Origin: an uncultured virus (IMG/VR IMGVR_UViG_3300020595_000024) | Taxonomy: Duplodnaviria > Heunggongvirae > Uroviricota > Caudoviricetes > Crassvirales | Length of the DNA stretch: 64,000 nt | IMG/VR virus record: IMGVR_UViG_3300020595_000024 | Direction: 5' to 3' (one strand) | Shown: positions 57,634 through 64,000 of the stretch, piece by piece | Layout of the letters: each line of letters begins with the position of its first letter | Position numbering within the stretch: position 1 is the first letter of the stretch | Notes under the pieces: model-generated | The model's input: the letters and a program-made list of their open reading frames with translations, nothing else | What the model was told of the DNA's origin: nothing | Database searches by the model: none | Program-made: the position numbers and the translations under genes

Positions 57634-60600
57634 CTAGTTTGAACTTGTTTTTATTTTTCTAAGCATTTCTAAAACTTCTTGAAGATCTACTAAAGAACTG
57701 TTTAGACCATCTCCATCATAATAAGACTTGTTTGTAGCCGGATTAGGCATAGACGCAAACTCTTGAGACAATGCTAATGCAAACTTTTCAGCACTATGTT
57801 CTCCTGATAAGAATTTATCAAATCCTCTCATCCCTTTTAGTCTACCTAAAATTATAGAGTCTTGAACTTCAGCAGTAAAGATTGTGTTTCCAGGAATACC
57901 TTGATTCTTAACCTCTTCTTTTAATGTATCTTTTATAAATTGATGAGACCCTACAGCACTAGAAGCTTTCTTATTTGGATTAGCTGCTCTTTGCTCTCTT
58001 ACCATTTTATCTTGCAAAGCAAACACTTCGTCTATTGTCATTGTAGTAATAGGCTTATCAGGTGTGCCACTCCATCCTGAGTACACTATGTTAGGATCAC
58101 CACCTTTAGATTCAAACTGACCTATAAATTCAAGTAAACCTTTTTCTTGAGAAGTTACTTGGCTAGAAGGAGTTATTGCCGCGATTTTATTTGCCTCATT
58201 AGTTAATACAGGAGCTTCAGGATCTGCAATAGGATCTGCATCTGGATCATTGTACATCTTCATGTCATCTGGAGTAGATACTTCAGGTGCTGCTTGTGAC
58301 ATATCAGCCGCAATCTCTGCTTGAACAGCAGCATTTGGATCTTCATTTGCTACAATTTGAGTTCCGCCATATCCTTCTACAAAAGAAACTCCATTCTGAG
58401 AAGTCATTAAGAAATTAACATCTTCCATTGAAACAAAAGAATTCTCTTCTGTTTCTTCTACAGTAGTTTTTCCATTTAAAATAGCTGATACACTAGGACT
58501 AACTTCACTTGTAACAACTTCAGTGTCAGCTGATGCATCGTAATTAGGATCAGCTTCTTTTGTTATTTGAGCTTGAATCTCTGTAGCTGCTTTTGCCATT
58601 TTTAAAGATAGGTCAGCTCTAGAATATATAGGCTGATCAGATATACTTATAGGGCCATTTGGTCCCGGAATGCTAACAGCATAAAAATTTCCTGTATCAT
58701 CTTGCTTGTATGTAGCTTCGAAATTTGTATCTCCAACTTTCATTGTTATTACTCCGTCAGGTTGTTTACCAAACCCAGATTGCTTTATATTAGCCATGTG
58801 GTCTAAGTTAGCAAGTCCTTGCATACCAATAGCTCTTTGATCACTATTTCCTCCGTTAACAAATGATTCAAATAAATCTATTCTTGCTCCGTTGTTAGAA
58901 GGGTCTAGTATTTGAAAAGAACCAGTACCATTACTTGTTGTAACTATAAGATTATTAAAGAATGTTCCGTCATCACTTTGTCCATCAGTTAAAGAAACTC
59001 TTATTTCAGGAACTTCGCCATCAGGAAGATTCTTAAGAAGAGCTTGATACTCTTCATCATCTTGAAGCATTCCTCTGTTGTAAGCTTGTTCAGCAGAAAC
59101 AGGATTAAAATTTTCTGTTATTATTTCATTTCTACCACCAAGAGCACTATAATTTTTACCTGCACCTGATCCGTCAAATACATTAAAGTATTCAGCTGTA
59201 GGATTAGCTGTCAAGTATTCATTTCTAAGCTCTGTTCTTGTGTCTTTTAATTTAGATTGCTGATAATTAAATCCATGATTACTATTATGCATAAGATCTC
59301 CTTTATACACAGTATTTTCTAAACCAGCTTTTTGTTCTAAAATCTTTAAGGCCATTTTTTGTCTTGAGCCTTGAGACTTCCAACCAGTAGATGAAACTTC
59401 TTTAGGATCATGATCCCCTGGTATTACATTCTCTGGATCAGAATAATCAATTATAGTTTCTCCGTACTCTTCAAAAAGTATACGCTCAAAATCTATAGTA
59501 TTGTTTCCATCTATGTCAACTTGATTTGTTAAATGTCCAGAATATTTTTCATTAATTAATTTTTGAAAATCAAGTCTAGATCTTTGGTCAGAAGTTAATT
59601 TTGTATCTGCTTGTTTAGAAACATAATCTAATCTTTTTTCTGCATTAGAATAATTTGCGTAAGACTTTTTGTAGTTACTGTTTAGTCTTTGCCATTCTTT
59701 ATCTGCTTTAATTTGTTCTGGAGTAGCACCACCTGCTTCTAATTTTTTGTATAATTGGTCAGCTTGACTTTTAAATATCTCTGCTTGTTGCTTACCTGTA
59801 GCAACTAATTCCATGTCGTTATCAAATGTTTCTGCTGTAACAGAGTTAAGTTCTCCATTAGATATGTTTACCATTCCGGCAGAACTTGCTGCATCTAATC
59901 CTGCATCGTAAGCAGCTGTTGCAGCAGGATCTTCACTTATTGTTATTGAATCTTTAGGGCTTACATATTGTGCTGCTCTACCAAAGCCAGCCATTTTTTG
60001 TCCAAATCTAGATTTACCTGGAGTAAATTCTCTTTCAGGTCTAGTAACTTGTTTACCACCTTTCATTACAGGATTTCCAGCACTGTCAAAAACAGGAACA
60101 TTGTTCACGCTAAAACTACCAAAGTCTAAAGGATTATCTATCCCATACATTTCAGCTTCTTGGTTTAAAGATCTTACTAAGTCTGGATTGGTAGCTGCTG
60201 ATGTGAGCATAGAGTCCATTAAAGTATTGTAGTCTTTTCTAGATATAGTTCTTTCTCTAAAAGCTCTTTCTAAAGAAGATATTCCGCCAACTTTTATTTG
60301 TGCTATTGTAGCGGGGTCTACTGTTTCAGCAACTCTTTCTATAGCATCGTCAAGCAACTCATCTTCTCCTTCAAACTTAGTTACAAGTTCTCTTCCTTGA
60401 AAAGAGTTGTAAGTACCGTCATCATTTCTTGTTGGACCAAATTCACTTACTTGTCTTTGTGCCCATTGCTTTGCTTCTTGTGGGCTCCATCCAGCCTGTC
60501 TTACTTTATCAGTAGCTAAGTCATTAACAAACTTGCTTTGTGCAACTGCGTTTGCCTGTACTTTTCCTAAGTAACCATTCTTTCCATACTCTAATTCAGT

Positions 60601-60882
60601 TTCTTTTTTTAAAGCAGTAAAGTCACGCAAAAGGCTTCTGTCAAAACCCTTGTCTCCTAAGCTAGAAGATATGTTATTAGCTTTTGACCTAAGCTCTGAT
60701 ACTCTTGCCTCTGCACCTTCTTTGTCAGCAGAGCTATATTGTGCTTCAAGCAAAGAAGCCTTGTCAGCTTCAGCCTGTAGAGCATCATGCTGCTGTTGCA
60801 TTGCCATAGGTACTGCCATTATTTCCTGCATTGTAAGAGGATTAAATGTACTAGTACTAAGTTTGCTATATCTATTTGCCAT
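57634..60882 (-). CDS. Virion cargo protein with a C-terminal lysozyme-like (muramidase) domain (1082 aa)
   Basis: LLEFIGQFES, SSAVGSHQF, FTAEVQD, LSQEFASMP. Confidence 0.78.
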   Translation of the reverse strand: MANRYSKLSTSTFNPLTMQEIMAVPMAMQQQHDALQAEADKASLLEAQYSSADKEGAEARVSELRSKANNISSSLGDKGFDRSLLRDFTALKKETELEYGKNGYLGKVQANAVAQSKFVNDLATDKVRQAGWSPQEAKQWAQRQVSEFGPTRNDDGTYNSFQGRELVTKFEGEDELLDDAIERVAETVDPATIAQIKVGGISSLERAFRERTISRKDYNTLMDSMLTSAATNPDLVRSLNQEAEMYGIDNPLDFGSFSVNNVPVFDSAGNPVMKGGKQVTRPEREFTPGKSRFGQKMAGFGRAAQYVSPKDSITISEDPAATAAYDAGLDAASSAGMVNISNGELNSVTAETFDNDMELVATGKQQAEIFKSQADQLYKKLEAGGATPEQIKADKEWQRLNSNYKKSYANYSNAEKRLDYVSKQADTKLTSDQRSRLDFQKLINEKYSGHLTNQVDIDGNNTIDFERILFEEYGETIIDYSDPENVIPGDHDPKEVSSTGWKSQGSRQKMALKILEQKAGLENTVYKGDLMHNSNHGFNYQQSKLKDTRTELRNEYLTANPTAEYFNVFDGSGAGKNYSALGGRNEIITENFNPVSAEQAYNRGMLQDDEEYQALLKNLPDGEVPEIRVSLTDGQSDDGTFFNNLIVTTSNGTGSFQILDPSNNGARIDLFESFVNGGNSDQRAIGMQGLANLDHMANIKQSGFGKQPDGVITMKVGDTNFEATYKQDDTGNFYAVSIPGPNGPISISDQPIYSRADLSLKMAKAATEIQAQITKEADPNYDASADTEVVTSEVSPSVSAILNGKTTVEETEENSFVSMEDVNFLMTSQNGVSFVEGYGGTQIVANEDPNAAVQAEIAADMSQAAPEVSTPDDMKMYNDPDADPIADPEAPVLTNEANKIAAITPSSQVTSQEKGLLEFIGQFESKGGDPNIVYSGWSGTPDKPITTMTIDEVFALQDKMVREQRAANPNKKASSAVGSHQFIKDTLKEEVKNQGIPGNTIFTAEVQDSIILGRLKGMRGFDKFLSGEHSAEKFALALSQEFASMPNPATNKSYYDGDGLNSSLVDLQEVLEMLRKIKTSSN

Positions 60883-60901
60883 TTTTATTTTTTTATCTTT
60901 T

Positions 60902-60933
60902 CAAATATAGTTGTTATTTGCATAACATCCAAA
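60902..60933 (-). promoter_or_regulatory. Consensus Bacteroidota promoter TTTG-N20-TATATTTG upstream of the ejection-protein genes
   Basis: Exact match, about 20 nt upstream of the ATG at 60882. Confidence 0.7.
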
Positions 60934-60952
60934 TTTTACAAGGGTTTTTTTA

Positions 60953-62590
60953 TTACTTTTTTTTCTTTTTAGTATATCCTCCGTAAGCTGCAGTCTTGAA
61001 CCTTCCTTTCCAGTTGTAGTCCATTCCCATAAGCTCAGGAAACTTCTTCAGCATTTCTTCTTTACCAATTGCACCAGCACTATCACCTAAGCTAGCCATA
61101 AGCTGACTCATCTGACTGTCGTAAGCACCTTTGTTACGTGCGTTAATATCTTTTTCAGAATTGTCTTGAGTAAGATTGGTTCTGTCAACACCCATGTTAA
61201 AGTTTTGACCTCTTACATTGTCTTGTGCGTTGGCTTGGTTAGCAGCTAACTGTGCAGAAGATAAAGCCTTAGTTCCTTGTAGGTTGTTTGCTAAAAGGTT
61301 TGCTCTAGTTGCAGCAGCTGATCCGCTACCAGAATTAGTTATTGCTGATCTATTTGCAGACGTCTGTCCTGCAATAGCATTTTGCATTGCTTTCTCATCT
61401 ACTTGCTGAGGATCGTATCTAGTATTAAGTCTACCTAAAGTTTCTGTATCAAATCCATCTTTTTTAAGTTTAGCTAATTGAGCTAAGTTCATTAAAGAAG
61501 GTGCGTACCTTAGAGCTTCTAATGGGCTACCTTTCTTTTTGCTTCCTTCTTTTTCTCCTTCAGAATCATTCATTTTTCCAGAAGAAAGCTCTGCACTTTG
61601 TTTAGAACCTAGATCTCCATAAGTACTAGTTCTTCCGTCAGCACCTTTAAACTGAGTAGGGTTTGACAAGCCTGCTGAATAATCTGTTCCTGTTCCTTTG
61701 AATCCTGCCTCTGTTCCTGCAGCTGCAGCTTCTTTTGCTTCTCTAAGCATTTTTTGAAGTGGAGTTTCTGTTTCTCCGAAACCACCTTCTTCCATTTTTC
61801 TTTGTCCCATATTTTTACTTGTATAACCGCCATGAGCGAATATTGAATCTTTTTGTGTGTGCTTTGCAGCAACCTGTTCCATGTGTGCCTCTGAGGCTGC
61901 TTCGTCAGCTAGGTTTTTTGCTACTATACCTCCAACTCCAGGAATAACAGACAATGCTTTTTGCCCTGTACTTGCATCTTTATTTTGAAGTGTAGCAGCA
62001 ATTGCTTTGTGTGGTGCAGCAATACCAGCAACATAAGCACCAGCATCTCCACCAATTCTATCTCCAACACCTTCTACTAATTTAGATGCACCATCAACAG
62101 CCATTCCCACAGGTCCAAATGCTGTAGCAACTGTGCTTTGAAGTTGATCCATTTGTGCATTTTGTTCTGGGTCACCAGCTATTACACTATCTGCAGGATC
62201 TTTTTGTTTAAGTAATCCACCTAGCAATGAGCCACCAGCTGATATACCTGCACCAGCTCCAGCACTCAAACCTTCTGCACCTCCAGGAACACCTCCACCA
62301 CCAAACATTTGGTTTAGCTTAAGCTGTTCTACTCCGCCACCATAAGCATAAGCAGATTGTGAGGTCTCTTCTGGTATCATACCATTCCCTTCTGGGTTGG
62401 CAGATTGTTGCTCCATAGACTTAGTATACTCTTGTGCATCTTTAAGTCTTTCCATTAACTCCCTTTTAGTTTCTACCGACTCAGGATCAGTTCTGTCTCC
62501 AGACTTTTTGTTTATTAACATACTTGCTTCAGCAAAAGACTTTCCTTTTATGTATGAAGGTAAGTTAAATTTTGAAATTATATCTTCCAT
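60953..62590 (-). CDS. Gly/Ala-rich virion cargo protein (545 aa)
   Basis: Composition typical of ejected proteins; recurring xxxGG motifs. Confidence 0.7.
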   Translation of the reverse strand: MEDIISKFNLPSYIKGKSFAEASMLINKKSGDRTDPESVETKRELMERLKDAQEYTKSMEQQSANPEGNGMIPEETSQSAYAYGGGVEQLKLNQMFGGGGVPGGAEGLSAGAGAGISAGGSLLGGLLKQKDPADSVIAGDPEQNAQMDQLQSTVATAFGPVGMAVDGASKLVEGVGDRIGGDAGAYVAGIAAPHKAIAATLQNKDASTGQKALSVIPGVGGIVAKNLADEAASEAHMEQVAAKHTQKDSIFAHGGYTSKNMGQRKMEEGGFGETETPLQKMLREAKEAAAAGTEAGFKGTGTDYSAGLSNPTQFKGADGRTSTYGDLGSKQSAELSSGKMNDSEGEKEGSKKKGSPLEALRYAPSLMNLAQLAKLKKDGFDTETLGRLNTRYDPQQVDEKAMQNAIAGQTSANRSAITNSGSGSAAATRANLLANNLQGTKALSSAQLAANQANAQDNVRGQNFNMGVDRTNLTQDNSEKDINARNKGAYDSQMSQLMASLGDSAGAIGKEEMLKKFPELMGMDYNWKGRFKTAAYGGYTKKKKK

Positions 62591-62600
62591 TTTTTATTTT

Positions 62601-63998
62601 TTATAATTTGATTCTATCAGAGAACACATAGTCTCCATCTTTAAAAGAGTACTTGCTTTCGCCAGCCTCTACACTATTCATTTGTCCTTGATTGTTCATG
62701 CCTATAGGAATTCCTCCTAGTGGATTCTGCTCGTGAGTGCCGCCACCCTTAAACTCTATAAGGTCATTTTTTCCGCCTCTAGTAACCAAATCATTTACTG
62801 ATCCGCCTAGTGCCATTTGAAATTGTTTAAAGTTCATGTATCCTCCTTTAGCCGCAGTGTTTAAGTATCTGTTACTTCCACCGATATCTGCCACAGTTTT
62901 TAATGCAGTAGATAAGTTTTCGTCATTATATGTTTTATAAAATCCTGATTGATCAAGACCTTTCTTTTTTACTAACATTTTTAATTCTTCTGGAGATATA
63001 TCTGTTCCAGGCTCTAGACCTAATCCTTCTCTAAACTGTACAAAATTTCCATATTGTTCATGAGGTTGATCTATGTAGCTGGTGTATGATGCTCCTTTTT
63101 TGTTGTCTTTGCCTTGCTTGTAAGCACTACCAAGTGCCTTCTTAATATTTGCCTGCTGTATAACATCAAACTGAGATGCATGTGATCTCTCGTGTGCCTC
63201 CATAGCTGCATCATTTTCATTTCCTACACCCATGTATACAGTTCCATTCTTGTACTGTGCAGCAGATCCAGGTTCATTTCCTCCAACTACAGTTTTAGGT
63301 TCCATTCCTTGAACAACCATGTTGTCGTACTGTTCGCTAGTAAGGTCAGTTTGTGCCAACATCATAGCTTTGGTTTTAGGATTGTTGTATGTATTTGAAA
63401 AAGCAGTAGCACCAGGGCTATTCTCTAAAGAACTAAGATCCATTTGATTACTTGGATTGGTAGATAATATAGAGTTGTTTTTGTAGCTGCTACTGTTTCC
63501 AGTAATAGGCTTCATACTCTGCCAGTTAGCTTTCTTTACGACAGATAAAGGATTACGTAAACTAGTCTCTCCTGAGTCAGGTCTAACATATCCAAATTTA
63601 GTTTTGTCGTTAACACCAGATCTCTGAACAGGACCTATTAAAGGATCTGTTGGTGGATCTACTTCACCACCTTCTGCCATTTCCATTGACAGCTCATTAA
63701 GAGACTGTTGAACAGCAGGACTAACTCCTTGTGTAAAGTTCATTGCTTGACTAAATCTGCTTGGAGCAGAACTAGTTGATGCTTCATTAGATAAGTTGTT
63801 AGCAACCATATTAGGAACACCTCTACCAGAATCATTACTAGCCATCATTTGTTGTTTCTGCTCAGGGTTCAACATTGTGCTATTAGCTATAACTTCAGGA
63901 TTAACTGAAGAATTATTTTCTAAATTAGAGTAGTTAAGTAAAACATCTTTTTTGTGCTCAGGAAGTTTATCATATTTTTCGTAAGGATTTACTGATTG
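62601..63998 (-). CDS. Virion cargo protein, 5'-truncated by the window end
   Basis: Frame stays open upstream of 63875 to the window edge; HERSH motif; C-terminal GGTHEQNPLGGI...VEAGE...YVFSDR. Confidence 0.7.
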   Translation of the reverse strand, partial: QSVNPYEKYDKLPEHKKDVLLNYSNLENNSSVNPEVIANSTMLNPEQKQQMMASNDSGRGVPNMVANNLSNEASTSSAPSRFSQAMNFTQGVSPAVQQSLNELSMEMAEGGEVDPPTDPLIGPVQRSGVNDKTKFGYVRPDSGETSLRNPLSVVKKANWQSMKPITGNSSSYKNNSILSTNPSNQMDLSSLENSPGATAFSNTYNNPKTKAMMLAQTDLTSEQYDNMVVQGMEPKTVVGGNEPGSAAQYKNGTVYMGVGNENDAAMEAHERSHASQFDVIQQANIKKALGSAYKQGKDNKKGASYTSYIDQPHEQYGNFVQFREGLGLEPGTDISPEELKMLVKKKGLDQSGFYKTYNDENLSTALKTVADIGGSNRYLNTAAKGGYMNFKQFQMALGGSVNDLVTRGGKNDLIEFKGGGTHEQNPLGGIPIGMNNQGQMNSVEAGESKYSFKDGDYVFSDRIKL

Positions 63999-64000
63999 CT

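Noticed and set aside
1657..63398. Numerous 60-150 aa ORFs antisense to or nested in long genes
   Set aside because: They are shadow frames with Ser/Leu/Phe-rich composition, fully overlapping well-supported genes.
1..64000. Stop-codon reassignment (TAG or TGA read-through), known in some crAss-like phages
   Set aside because: Genes up to 6.5 kb are uninterrupted in the standard code, and TAG acts as a real stop (for example groES at 8892, directly before the groEL ATG).

Overview
This 64 kb window is the central part of a crAss-like (Crassvirales-type) dsDNA phage genome. The host is probably Bacteroidota (Flavobacteriia), judged from TTTG-N20-TAnnTTTG promoters and Flavobacteriaceae-like accessory genes. 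There are three blocks. (1) Minus strand, 1-13.0 kb: late/packaging genes (portal, large terminase, a GroEL plus extended GroES pair, IHF/HU-like protein, DUF2829/Tad2-like protein). (2) Plus strand, 13.5-40.4 kb: early and replication genes (many small ORFs, SplB-like radical SAM enzyme, DnaA domain-IV-like protein, SF2 and DnaB helicases, primase, dNMP kinase, Sak4-like ATPase, SSB-like protein, MoxR/VWA pair, RusA-like resolvase, exonuclease, NrdA). I recognised no DNA polymerase and no NrdB in this block. (3) Minus strand, 40.5-64 kb: giant virion ejection/cargo proteins, including the DFDID-type virion RNA polymerase. The standard genetic code is used. The most striking unexplained signal is non-coding. 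The early region holds a run of about 1.1 kb of back-to-back, stem-closed RNA-like modules (16.56-17.69 kb) whose non-Watson-Crick pairs are G-U on the + strand. It also holds duplicated covarying motifs and a tRNA-like element with a 6-nt anticodon loop. Separately, a promoter-driven structured element of about 260 nt lies on the minus strand at 12.1-12.4 kb. All protein assignments come from motif recognition by eye, with no database searches, and all RNA structures were paired by hand.
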